From Rebecca billardiae RCC1528 (lineage: Eukaryota; Protista; Haptophyta): DNA of 64,000 bases. The DNA lies in assembly GCA_965240325.2 (NCBI GenBank), contig OZ251244.1, forward strand, positions 806,001 to 870,000, given 5' to 3'. This document shows positions 32,368-43,900 of this stretch, piece after piece (position 1 is the stretch's first letter; every line of letters starts with the position of its first letter). The notes beneath the pieces are model-generated. The model did not search any database, was not told the origin of the DNA, and was given only the letters and a program-made list of their open reading frames with translations. Made by a program: the position numbers and the translations under genes.

Positions 32368-34351
32368 TTAGACCGATGCCGACTTGCCGACTGAGCTCGA
32401 CGCGCCGGCCGTGGACCCAGCGTCGCCGTCGCCCGTGGCGATGTTGTCGAGACCCGCTTCCCACGGCGCGCTAAAGGACTCGAGCGGGTGCTTCTGCCGC
32501 CAGCAGACCTGCGGCACGGGGAGGTTGCGCGCGCGCGCGAGCCGCGCCGGCAACCGGCCCAGTCAGCGCTCGGCCGCCGCGCTGTGCCGCGCGCGCAGCG
32601 CGGGGCGGCACCGCCGCAGGGCAGGTGCGCGGCGCGTGGGCAGCGGGCACATTCGGCGAGCGCGCGCGCGCCGCGCGCTCACCAGCTCGGCGACCTCGAC
32701 GTTGCGATCATCGAGGTGCGGCGGCAGGAACATCGCCAGCCCCCAGTCGAACGCGATCACGGGCAGCAGCAGCGCGGACATGAGCAGGATCACGATGATC
32801 ACCACGCGCAGCGGCCCGTTGTTGGCGTAAAAGTAACCGGACTCGCCGAGGTAGGTCCGGAAGGTGGGTCCGGCGAAGAACTCGGCGACGCGGAAGATGT
32901 TGCGCCAGATGATCGCCTGCAGCACGCGCAGGAAGTGCACCTCCACGTGGAAGCGCTGCGAGATCTGGCCGAAGCTCGACGAGCAGCGGCCGATCGAGAC
33001 GGCGCCGCCCTCGGACGCCTTGATGACGTCGCGGCTGAAAAGCTTGGCGACCGCCCACATGAAGATGAGCACCGCGCAGGTGAGTGCGGTGTATAGGATG
33101 TCCATCGTGACGAAGCGCGCGCCGAAGAACATCGCCACCGCCTCCAGCCCCGACAGCGTCATCACGAACCCCCACGTGATCGGCTTGAACTCGATCAGCT
33201 CCTCGAGCAGCTCGGCGAAGCAGAAAGACAGGTACTCTGCGAAATGGAACCGCTCGTTGATGCGCACGTCCGCGCCCTTCTTCGGGCGGCGCTTGCCGTC
33301 GGCGCCCTCGACGCCGCCGTCCGCCGCGGCGACCGACTCGCGCCGCCGCGCCGAGCCGGTCTGCTCCTCCTCCCCCACCGTGCTCGCCGTCGAGCCGCGG
33401 CGCGACGCCGACGCCGCCTGCACCTTACCGTAGAGCTTGCTCAGCTCGAGCTGCTGCTTGCGCGCGAGCTCGCGCGCGCGCTTCTCCTCGACGTGGCGCA
33501 GCCCGCCGCCCTGCGCCCACTGGACGAAGTAGAGCTTCACCTTGAAGAAGTCCTTCACGTCCGAGAGCGGGAACAGCATCCGCCGGATCCCCGCGCGGTT
33601 CTCGTCCACGGGGAAGCGCGAGTACGCGTGCATCTCCTCCTCCCACCAGTGCCACCGCTCGCACATGTGCTTCGCGTATGTGATGCCCTGCGCGCGCGGG
33701 AGGGGCGGCGCGCCGCGCGTCGGCGGCGGCGCGCGGGCCGGCTTCCCCAGCGCGCGCCCGCGCGCGCGGACACGGCGCCGCTCGCGCGCGCGCCCGCGCG
33801 CGCGCGCGCGCGCGCCGCTGTGCGCGTGCCATGCCCATGATGAGAAAGTACAGCAGCATCGCGACAAACATCTGCATGTGCACGTCCTCGACGACGTGGA
33901 GCAGGTCGCTGCCCTTCGGCGGGTAGTTGAATGGATCGCGCCCGTACTGCGCCTGCGTGTCGACCTCGGCCGGCTTCTCGGCGAGCACGCGACGGCACGC
34001 GTCCGAGGCGGCCGCGAGCATGCGAAGCTTATAGCTCGAGCTGTCGCCGCACGCAGCCTCGGAGGGCAGGATCGCGACGATCGCGTCGAAGCCGCCCGAG
34101 CGCGAGGTGAGCCAGACGCAGAACGCGAGGAAGCCGAGCACCATCAGCTCGGACGAGCCGCGCGTGAACAGCGTCACGTAGAAGCCGGCGACGTCCGCCT
34201 GCTGCTTGTGCACGTGGTCGTGCTTCATCACCCACGCCTGCAGCGCGTTCTTGAGCGTGTCGAAGAACTCGGCGATCGCGGCGAGAATGACGACGCAGAT
34301 GCTCTCGAAGAAGCGGAACTCCTCCTCGCTGCTCCACCACGCGCCCGCCAT
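32368..34351 (-). CDS. MLO: MLO-family multipass membrane protein, 3 exons
   Basis: SELMVLGFLAF (MLO ELM.LGF.S), VHMQMFVAMLLYF, ERWHWWEEE (W..WE) and FHFAEYL..CFAELLEELIEFKPITW (FDF.KY....W) motifs. First intron 33688-33829 has a GC donor. Confidence 0.8.
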
Positions 34352-34622
34352 GACCCCAAGACCGCTCGCCGGGGCTCCCCCTCGCGGCGCAGTGCACCCG
34401 CTGCTCGCGGTTGGCGGGCTCCGCTCTGGCACTGGCGACACATCAGCATCACGAGCCAACATTGCTATGGCCCAAAGCCGAGATCCCCATATCTAATCGC
34501 TCGATTTTTGATGATGGCGGCGGCGATGAACACTATGGGGGTAAGCGAAAAAGGCCTACTGCAACAATTGTCAATTTCCGTAGTCAGTCTCAGAGCCTGA
34601 GGCGCCCGGCGTCGTGGCATCG

Positions 34623-36785
34623 TCATAGCTGCGGCATCGTCGTCCGTGGTGCAGCAGATGTGTTCATCGCCCTGATGCCCCCAGCCTTGGCAGCACCGCC
34701 GTTTGGCCCGCGCTGCGGCGCCTCAAGCCCAAGGGCCACAGGGCCGCCGGGCGGGTCGACCCACTCGGCCACGGCGCGCAGCCGGCGCGCGAGCTCCACG
34801 CGCACCGACATTGCGCACAGCCCGCAGCGTGCGAAGCTGCCGGCAGGCTCCGCGTCCACCCGGCTCGACAGCTCGGCGGCGTGCTCAGCCTCGGCCCCAA
34901 CCGCTTTTGCCGACGCCGTTGCCCTGGCAGCAGCCTCGTGCGGCTGCGCCGCGGCCGCGGCGCGCGGAGGCGTCGGCCCGCCCGTGCGCGCGTGACCATT
35001 CACCGTGTCAAAGCTCCTGTGGCGCTCGAACATCCAGCCGGTGGAGGCGGAGCCCTCCCTCGAGACCGAGCCCGCCGGGAGCCGGCGCACAGGCGAGGAC
35101 TGCGGCCGCAGCCGCGGCGACTGCGGCTCGGCCCCGCGCGCGCCCTGCTCCGCCTCCGCACCCGCGACGGTCGGAGGATCGGGCCCCGCGCCAGACGAGT
35201 GCGCGCGCAGCTCCGCGACAGCGACGCCGTCGGGAGGGCGCGCGCGCTGAGCGCTCGCGCCATCCGTCGCCGCCGCCCTGCCCTCAGCAGCCGCCGGCGC
35301 GTCCGAGCTCGACAGTTCCCCCGCCGCAGCCACTCCCGCCGTGCTCCCGCCCCACTCCGCAGCAGCCCCAGCGCACGAGGACGTCACCGGCGCGCCGGCC
35401 GCGCATCGCGCGCACCGCGCGTCACCGCCTGTGCTGGAGCCGCTCGCAGCGCCCGCGCCGGACCACGCACCGCCGTCCGTCGTCGACATCGTCGGCGCGC
35501 AGGATGCAGCGTGCGCGTCGCCGTCGGTGGTCGACGTCGTTGGCGCGCGAGCGCCAGGCCACCCATCGCCGTCCGTCGTCGACGTTGTCGGCGCGGCACA
35601 GCCATGCCGCGTGTTGCCGTCGGCGGCTAACCAGCTGGACGCGGCCGCGCGCGACTCGCCCGCCGTGTCTCGCTTGGCCGGCGACGCGGGCGACGGCTCG
35701 GGCGGAGGCGGCTGGTCGACAGGCTGCGCGCTGGCCGCCGCCGCCGCCGCGAACGCGCTGTCCTCCTTCGGCTTCTCCGCCGCCGTCGCGCTCGCGCTCG
35801 ATGCCGCCGTCCACATCTGCGCCGCTGTGCTCTCGGCCTCGCCGATCGGCCACGTGCCGGCACCGCCCGCGGCCGGCTTGGCCGACTGGACGGTGGCTGG
35901 GGACAGGATGCTGACGCTCGCGCCGGGCGTCCGTCCGCGGGACTCGGTCTTCGCACCCGCCGACTGCGCCGGCGAATCGAGGAACGCCGCCAGAGCTCTG
36001 CTGCCGCGCCCGGAGCCCTGCCTGCTCGGCGCGTTGGATGGACGAATCGACGCGCCCCTGGTCACGGCGGTGGCAGCGCTCGGGGGCATGGTGCCCGCGA
36101 CGCCGGGGAGGGCCGGGAAGGCGAGCGTCTTGGCGCGGACCATTCGCCGGGGCGGGAGGAGCGAGCGCGGCACGCCCGCCATCCTGCCGCTGTCATCCTC
36201 GCTGCTCGACTCCTCTTCCCCCGACGAGCTGTCGCCGCCCGAGTCGTCGCCCAGCGGCACCATCGGGAACATGCCGCTCGGCAGCGTGCCGATGGTGAAC
36301 GCGCGGTCGGGGACGATGACGTGGCGCCCACCGTCCCTCTGGAGCACGTTGTCCCGCTCGACGCGCGTGAACGCCTGCCGCGCGGCGCCGTTCGCCACGG
36401 GTGCGTGCCCGTTGGGCTCGTGCGCTTTTCTCACCCGCTCCTCTGCGTGCGTCGCGTTGCTCGGCTGCCAGCGATCTTTCTCGAGCAGCAGCGAGGAGGC
36501 GATCACCGTCGAGTTCGCCCTCGAGAGCGATCGCGGATGCACCGACGCCGACGTCAGCACGAGCGGGGAGGTGGCGAGGTTGTTGGTGTAACAGCCAGAC
36601 GGGCAGCTCGGCGAATGCGATTGGATGCCCGCCTCGGTCTCCACGTTGAAGAGCGACGCGTTCGCCCGGACTTTCCCCGCCTGTATCGCGGCACGGCCGG
36701 GCGTGACCAGGCTGTCATCGTCGGCGTGCGCCCGCGCGGACGAGTCGCCCTGCGCCGTGGCCGACTCGGCCGCGGCGGTCGTCAT
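34623..36785 (-). CDS. Hypothetical low-complexity Ala/Ser-rich protein, intronless
   Basis: ~720-codon ORF with coding-like codon use; three copies of APT(T/M)STTDG; no recognisable domain. Confidence 0.55.
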   Translation of the reverse strand: MTTAAAESATAQGDSSARAHADDDSLVTPGRAAIQAGKVRANASLFNVETEAGIQSHSPSCPSGCYTNNLATSPLVLTSASVHPRSLSRANSTVIASSLLLEKDRWQPSNATHAEERVRKAHEPNGHAPVANGAARQAFTRVERDNVLQRDGGRHVIVPDRAFTIGTLPSGMFPMVPLGDDSGGDSSSGEEESSSEDDSGRMAGVPRSLLPPRRMVRAKTLAFPALPGVAGTMPPSAATAVTRGASIRPSNAPSRQGSGRGSRALAAFLDSPAQSAGAKTESRGRTPGASVSILSPATVQSAKPAAGGAGTWPIGEAESTAAQMWTAASSASATAAEKPKEDSAFAAAAAASAQPVDQPPPPEPSPASPAKRDTAGESRAAASSWLAADGNTRHGCAAPTTSTTDGDGWPGARAPTTSTTDGDAHAASCAPTMSTTDGGAWSGAGAASGSSTGGDARCARCAAGAPVTSSCAGAAAEWGGSTAGVAAAGELSSSDAPAAAEGRAAATDGASAQRARPPDGVAVAELRAHSSGAGPDPPTVAGAEAEQGARGAEPQSPRLRPQSSPVRRLPAGSVSREGSASTGWMFERHRSFDTVNGHARTGGPTPPRAAAAAQPHEAAARATASAKAVGAEAEHAAELSSRVDAEPAGSFARCGLCAMSVRVELARRLRAVAEWVDPPGGPVALGLEAPQRGPNGGAAKAGGIRAMNTSAAPRTTMPQL

Positions 36786-36956
36786 GTGGCGCACACAAGG
36801 TGCGCGCAGGAGTGCGCGACCAAAGAACTACATCTCAGGCGCCAAAAATTTCGCCGCCATCGTATGACGATTCATTCGGCTCGTGACTCGTCCGATCGGA
36901 TGCCAAGCAGATAACTGAGACCTGAGTGAACGCGGTCGCAGCCTCGCCAGCGCAGG

Positions 36957-37826
36957 CTAGTGCCGGCACTGCTCGGGGAGCGAGTACCCGAGGCATTCGT
37001 ACTCTTGCCGGCGCAGCACGCAGAACCGCCGCACGCTCGCGTCGTCCACGCGCGCGCTCGGCCCACGCCCGACAGATTTCGGCAGATTCGATTTGATGTT
37101 CCTGTACACGCGCTTGGCGCTCGAGACGTTGGTGATCAGCCACTCCGCCTGCTCGGGCGAGATCCCGCGCATCTGCGAGACGATGTACGGCCAGTCCACC
37201 GCCATGTTCTCAAGCCGGCCGATGAAGCTGTACGGGAACGGCGCGCCGCCGCGCAGGCGCGTGCCCAGCCGGAAGAGGTTGCCCTGCAGGTGCTCGTCGC
37301 GCTGACGACCCTTGCCGCTCTCGTGCGAGAGCAAGTGCCGCACCTCGCCCGCGAAATTCGGCGTTCTCATGTTCGCGGAGCGATAGTACTTCTGATCGAG
37401 GCCGCTCAGGTACTTCTCGAGCGGCTCTCGAACGATGGTGAAACGGAACAAGCCGCGCACATCCTCCCATCGCAGCGCACACGTGCGCACCCGACTTCGG
37501 TGCAGCCGTGCCTCCTCCGGGACAAACGCCGGCCAATCGGACCATGTGGTGCGCAGCACCCTTCCAACCGCGTTCCGTATGCTCGACGAGCCCGCCTTGC
37601 AGTTCGCCACGAACACAAAGCCGTGCTGTACCGAGAGCAGCGCGTCCGTGCACAGGCCCGCCGGCAGGTCCTCCGCCCCCCGCGCACGGTCCTCCGCCCG
37701 CGGCGCAAACGTGTGGTTCGTCGCGCGAGAGCACGCAGTGAAGCGTGCGAGCACGTCGGTGGTTGGCCTCGAATGTAGCGGTGGGGAGGGCGGTGCATGG
37801 GCGACCAGCGCACCAAGCAGCAGCAT
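36957..37826 (-). CDS. Carbohydrate sulfotransferase (Sulfotransfer_2 family)
   Basis: 5'-PSB motif FVANCKAGSSSIR, 3'-PB motif FTIVREPLEKYLSG and YSFIGRLEN; N-terminal hydrophobic signal. Confidence 0.88.
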   Translation of the reverse strand: MLLLGALVAHAPPSPPLHSRPTTDVLARFTACSRATNHTFAPRAEDRARGAEDLPAGLCTDALLSVQHGFVFVANCKAGSSSIRNAVGRVLRTTWSDWPAFVPEEARLHRSRVRTCALRWEDVRGLFRFTIVREPLEKYLSGLDQKYYRSANMRTPNFAGEVRHLLSHESGKGRQRDEHLQGNLFRLGTRLRGGAPFPYSFIGRLENMAVDWPYIVSQMRGISPEQAEWLITNVSSAKRVYRNIKSNLPKSVGRGPSARVDDASVRRFCVLRRQEYECLGYSLPEQCRH

Positions 37827-37973
37827 TCCGGAGGGGCGAGTTCACGGCGCCGCCATCGCTTTCGTCTTGGCTGTGGAATCAGACTTGGCCAGTGATGGCC
37901 ACTGATTGGGAGATTGACGCACAGCAATCACGATCTCGTACACGAGATTGTGCTGCGCTATCCTTTTGGGCTT

Positions 37974-40900
37974 ATGGCGTCCGGCAATCTGGTGACTCGG
38001 GCAGCGCTCCTGCTGCTCGCTCTCGCGCCTGCCTCGCCCGAGCCGCTGCTGGACCTGGCGTCGTTTGAGGCGTGCCTCGCCGACGTGGTCGGCTGCACCT
38101 CCCTCAACACGCGCGGCTCTGGCGTGACGGGCACGATACCGACCGAGCTCGCGCTGCTGAGCGAGCTTCGTGAGCTTGATCTGAGCTTCGAGGGGTACAC
38201 GGGCGTGCTTCCGACGGAGGTTGGGGCCCTCGCTCACCTGCACACCTTCTACGCGAACAACAATGCGCTCGAGGGCTCAATCCCCACCGAGTTCGGCAGG
38301 CTCACCGCCATGGGCGACGCCGTGCTCCGGGAGAACAGCCTCAGCGGGCCCATCCCGTCGCAGCTCGGCGCGTGGTCGGCGCTGAGCGTCATGTGAGCAG
38401 CACGCGCGGATCGCCGGGGGCTGGCGCGACGCCTTGCTGCGCCCTCGCACCCGCCGCCCGCACCCGCGCTCACTCTGCCCTCGCGCCTTGCGCCGCGCGC
38501 CGCTGCTGCGCACGCGCGATCGATCGACCGGCAGCTCTTTGTACTCAAACGCTCTGAGCGGCACGCTGCCCACCGAGATGGGCGGCTGGACGTCTCTGAG
38601 TGACATGCGCATGCGCAACCTGGATACGGGCGGGACGATGCCCTCGGAGCTCGGGCGGCTCACCGCCGCCGCGGTCTTTGTGCTCGCGTCGTGCGGGCTG
38701 ACCGGTACGGTGCCGACGTCGCTCGGCGCGCTCACCGCCGTCGAGCTGCTGTGGGCGCAGAGCAACTCGCTCGTGGGCGCGGTGCCGACCGAGCTCGGCT
38801 TGCTGCGCGCGGTGAGCAAGCTCGAGCTCCACTCGAACTCGCTCACCGCAGGGCTGCCCACCGAGCTCGGCCGGCTGAGCAGCCTCGCGGAGCTTTACTT
38901 TCATTCGAACGGTCTCAGCGCGGGGCCTGGACTGCCGACGGAGCTGGGCGGTCTGCCCAGCCTCGCCAACGTGTGGCTGTACAGCGCGGGGCTCGGAGGC
39001 ACGCTGCCGACCGAGCTCGGCCTGCTGCGGGCCTCGCTCACCTGGCTGGGCGTCGACCAGAACTCGCTCGGCGGCACCATCCCGTCTGAGCTGTGCGCGC
39101 TCGCGCCCGACGCGGGCGGCGCACTGCGCAGCCTGTGGCTGCACGGCAACGCGCTGAGCGGCAGCCTGCCCGAGTGTGGGCTCTTCGACGGCGGCGTGAT
39201 GGACACGTGCTCCGTGCACTCCAACGCGCTCTGCGGCGCCACGCCGAGCTGCTCCACCGGCTCGATCGCGCAGTGCCCGCCCTCGCCGCCCGTGCCGCCC
39301 GCGCCGCCCGCGCCGCCCTCGCCGCCCTCGCCCGGTGTGCTCGTGAGCTCGCTGCTGCCGGAGGGCTCGTCGTTCGAGTTCGACCCGGGCGGCGGCGAGC
39401 CGCTGATCATCAGCGGCAACTTCTTCGGCGAGGGCGTGTGCGAGCCGCCGTGCGCCGAGCTCAGCGTGACCATCGGCGACGCCGCGTGCCGCGAGCCGGG
39501 GCGCATCTCGGACCAGTTTGTCTTCTGCCTGCTGCCGCCCGCGCCGGAGGGGCATCAGGGGGACGAGCTGGCGGTGAGCGTGCGGCGCGAGTCGGACGGG
39601 CTGGGCGGCAGTGCGCCGGTCGGCGTGCGGTACCGCGCGCCGTGCGCCGCGGGCGAGTACCTCCTCGGCGACGCGTGCGCGCTGTGCGAGCGCGACTCAT
39701 ATCGCGAGGCCGGCGCGGCGGACGAGGCGTCGTGCGCCCAGTGCGGCGACACGGTCGGCCTTGACGCGCGGATGGTGACGAACCGCACGGGCGCGACGTC
39801 CGCCGCGGCGTGTGTGTGCCCGCGCGGGCAGTACGAGCGCACGCTCGCCGGCGGCGCGCGCGCGTGCTTCTCGTGCAACGCCTCCGCGCGCTGCGACGAG
39901 GACGGCGAAACGGTCCAGTCGCTCACGCTCGCGCCCGGCTGGTGGCGCGCGCGCTCGGCCTCCGCGGACGTCCGCCGCTGCCCGCGCGGCGAGGTGGCGT
40001 GCGTCGGCGGGCGCGGGGGCGGGCGCGCGCTGTGCGCGGCGCACCGCACGGGCGCGTTCTGCGACGCGTGCGAGCCCGACCACTTCCTCGCGAGCGGCGG
40101 CGTGTGCGAGCCGTGCCCGCCGCCGTCGGCGGCGCGGAGACGGCTGTCAACTTGGCTGCCTCTGGCGGTTGTGTGCGCCCTCGCCATTGGCTACCACGCC
40201 CGCCTCGACGTGGCGCTGGGCGGCGCGCTCGGCCGCGTGGCAGAGCTGCTCGAGCAGCGCGCAGCCGCGCGCCAGGCGGCGGCGCGCGCGCTCAAGCCGC
40301 ACGGCGCGGAGCCGGCAGCGGGCACGGCTGAGCGCGGCGGCGCGGGCGAGGCGCTCGCCCGCGCGGCGGGCTCGGCGCTGGGCGCCGCGTGGCGCGCGCT
40401 CACGCCTGACATGCTCATGTCGCTCAAGGTGGCGGCGCGCTCGACGCTCGCGTTCGTGCAGCTCGTGCTGCTGATCGAGCGCGTGTACGGCGTCACGCTC
40501 CCCGCCAACTTCGCCGCGGTGCTCGACCATTTCCGTTGGCTCTCACTCTCGACTCTTCACGTGCACGGCTGGGCGTGCGACGCGGCGGTGCGTGGGTATC
40601 ATGACTCCATGCTCGCGCTCGCGCTCGCGCCGCTGTGCGTGCTCGCGATCGCGCTGTGCGCGTGGGCGGCGCACTGGGGCGTGCGCGCGAGCGCAGCAGC
40701 GCTCGGCGCGCGCGGCGTGCGGCTGCCCCCCGCGCTGCGGCACCGCCTCAGCTCGGCGGCGCTGGCGGCGGAGCGCGGCGCCGGCGGCGGAGACACTGGC
40801 GGCGCCGATGGCGACGGCGGCGCCGGTGGCGACGGCGGCGGCGCCGTCGCGCCCCTCCCACGCTCGGACGAGCGGCTGCGGCTCTCGCAGGCGGTGCTCC

Positions 40901-43900
40901 GTCCGTTTCTGCTGTGCGCATACTTTGTGCTCCCGACCGCCTCGGCAAGCCTCTTCGCCTTCTTCAACGCCGAGAGCGTGGACGCGGAGGCGGAGCCGCC
41001 GCTCCGCTACCTGCGCGCGGACTACTCGGTCCGGGCCGACTCGGCGGCGCACGAGGGGTACCGGCCAGCGGCGTCGGTGCTGCTCGCGTTGTACGCGCTC
41101 GTGCTGCCCGCCGCGCTCGGCGCCGCGCTGCGCGCCTCGTGGGCGGACGCGCGCCACCCGCTGCACCTGCTGGCCGTCGGCTACCGGCGCGCGGTCGTGT
41201 GGTGGGAGGCGCTCGAGGCGTACAGGCAGGTGCTGCTGGCAGGCGGGGTCGCCATCGTGCGCCCGTCGAGCTTCGGCGGCGCGGCGGGCGGCGGCGGCGG
41301 CGGCGCGCCGTCTCGAGACGACGAGAGCTACGCTGCGTTCCTTCGGCTGCTGCTGGCGTGCTTCGTCCAGGTCACGTACGTCGTGTGCGTCTCGTGGAGC
41401 CGGCCGCTCGAGTCCACGTCCAACACGGCGATCTTTCTATTCGCGCACGTGGCGATGGTGTTCGTTCTGATCGGGGCGCTGTGCCTGCACCTGACCACGT
41501 TCGACGAAGTGCTCGGCCCGCGGCTCGGGCGGTACCGCGAGACGATTGGTCTGTTTCTCACGCTCGCGCTCAGCTCGGTGCTCGGCGCGGTCGCCGTCGT
41601 CGTGCCCGCCGAAGTCCGGCGCGAGCGCAGCCTGCCAGTCCTGCGCGACGCGCGCACGCTCGAGCGCGTCGCGCCCGCGCCGCTGCCCGCGCGCACGGCG
41701 CCCGACGGCGCGGAGGAGCGTGCGTACCACCTGTTTGTCAGCCACGTGCGCGCCGCGCCGCGCGAGCGGCCGTCGTGCGCTCCGCCGCCCTCGCCGCCGC
41801 GCGCGCTGCCTGCCGCTGCCTGTCTGCCGCGCCCCGCGCCGCGGCGCGCGCCGCCGGCGGGCCCCGCGCGCGCGCCCCCGGCGGGCCCCGTGCGCGCGCG
41901 CCCCCGGCGGGCCGCCGCCAGAACGGTCGTGTCGCCATGAGCGCGCGTCCCCGCTCGCGCGCGCGCGCGCAGGTGTGGCGCACGGGGCAGGACCAGGCCA
42001 AGGCACTCAAGAAGGAGCTGGAGGGTCTGCTCCCGGGCCTCGCCGCGTTCCTCGACGTGGACAACCTCACCAACCTGCACGAGCTCGAGGCGGTGGTCGA
42101 GCGGAGCCGCGTCATCGTCTTCTTCCTGTCAGCGGGCTTCTTTCAGTCGCGCAACGCGCTGCGCGAGGTGAAGGCGGCGATGGCGGCGGGCAGCCACGTC
42201 GCGGTGGTGTACGAAACGAGCGAGCTGCACGGCGGCGGCTCGCTCGCCGAGCTCCGCGCGGAGGCGGAGGCGTGCGACGACGCCGCCATCCGCAGCGCGG
42301 TGCCTCTCCTGTTCGGGGAGGGCGGACCCCCGGGCGCGCGCGCCGCGGGCGCGCTCGCGCGCTCGGCGGGCGCGCCGATCGCGTGGCATCGCGAGCGCGC
42401 CTATCTGAACGCCTCGCTGCTCGCGCTCGCCGAGCGGCTGCGCCTGGGCGGCGCGCTCGACCCGCCGCTTCCGGACGACGTCTCCTCCACCGGGCTCGCG
42501 GGCGCGGCGGCGCCGCACGGCACGGCCGCGGCCGGCGCGCGCGCGCACGCGCCGCGCACGCTGCAGCTGGGGCCGCGCGACCGCGCGGCCGAGAGGCTGG
42601 TGCCGCAGATGCGCGCGGTCGTGGACGCGCTGCTCAGAGAGCAGCACCTGCTTGAGCTGCGAGCCGTGCGCCGGGCGCCCGCGCGCACGCTCGCGCGCTG
42701 CTGGCGCCGTCGAGCGGAGGTGACGCCGCGCGACGAGCGGCGCTCGGCGGAGGGCGCGGCGGCGGCGGCGGCGGCGGCTCAGAACAGCCGTGCGCCGAGC
42801 AGCGGCGCGGGTGGTGGCTCCGCCGCGCCGCCCGCCGAGCGCGCCTCCGACGCCGCGCCCGCGCGCGACTCTGCGCACGTCGTGCAGCTCAGCTCCGCGC
42901 TGGCGATGGCCGTGACGCCCCCGCTCGGCGTCCGCGACGGCGACGCGCTCCCCGAGCCGTCCATGTGGCAGATTGCCGGGGCGGCCGTGCGGATGCTGGC
43001 GCGCACGCAGCGGGCGGCGGCCGCGCGCGCCAACGGGCCGACCGGTGCGGCCGGCGGCTCCGGCAGCGGCGGCGCCGCGCTCGGCGCGCGCGCGCCCTCG
43101 CACCCGCCGCTGCTGCTGCTGCTGCAGGCGGACACATTCGGCTGCGGCGCACTGCTCGACTCGGCCTCGCAGCTGGGCGAGCTGCTCGACACCTTGGACG
43201 TGGCCGGCGCCGCCGGCGGCTTGGCCGTGCTCGAGCGCGTGCGCGCCGAGCGGGGCGCCGGCGCGGCGGAGGCCTGGGCGGAGAGGGACGCGCACGCGGA
43301 CGGCGCGCACGGCGCAGAGCGCCGTCGCCGCCTCGTCGCCGCCATGAGCGAGAGCTCAGTCCGGGTGTACGTGTGCCCCGAGCAGCCCACGGTGCGCGCG
43401 CGGCGCCTCCGGCCCCTCCGCGCTCGCGCGCCGCCGGGCGACGCGACGCGCGCGGCTGGCGCGTCGCGCGTGCCGCCGCCTGCTGAGGGCGCGCCCCAAT
43501 CGCCACCCCGCCGCGCCCCCTCGCCCCTCCGCGTACGCCGCACGCGTGCGCACCGCGCCACACCGCCACCGTCGCGCCCGCGCCGCCGCCACCGCCGCGC
43601 CCGCGCCGCCGCCGCCGCCGCGCCCGCGCCGCCGCCGCCGCCGCGCCCGCGCCGCCGCCGCCGCCGCGCCCGCGCCGCCGCCGCCGCCGCGCAGCCGCAC
43701 ACGCTCGCGGCGGGGCAGCCTCTGCCTCTCGCCTCCCTCGCGCGGCTGCTCGAGGTGGACCTGCGCTCGCTCGAGCGCAGGGACCCGCGCGCCGCCGCGC
43801 GCACGCCGCCCGCGCCCGGCACCCGCTACCTGGTCACGTGGCCGCGCACGGTCGGGCTCACTGAGAAGCTGCTGGCGGCCGTCAAGGGCGGCGGCGCGGC

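Noticed and set aside
40635-41972. N-terminal part of the 1230-aa ORF 40635-44327 as a separate protein
   Set aside because: It is an off-frame read of the receptor TM exon and intron; only the part after the acceptor at 41972 encodes the TIR.
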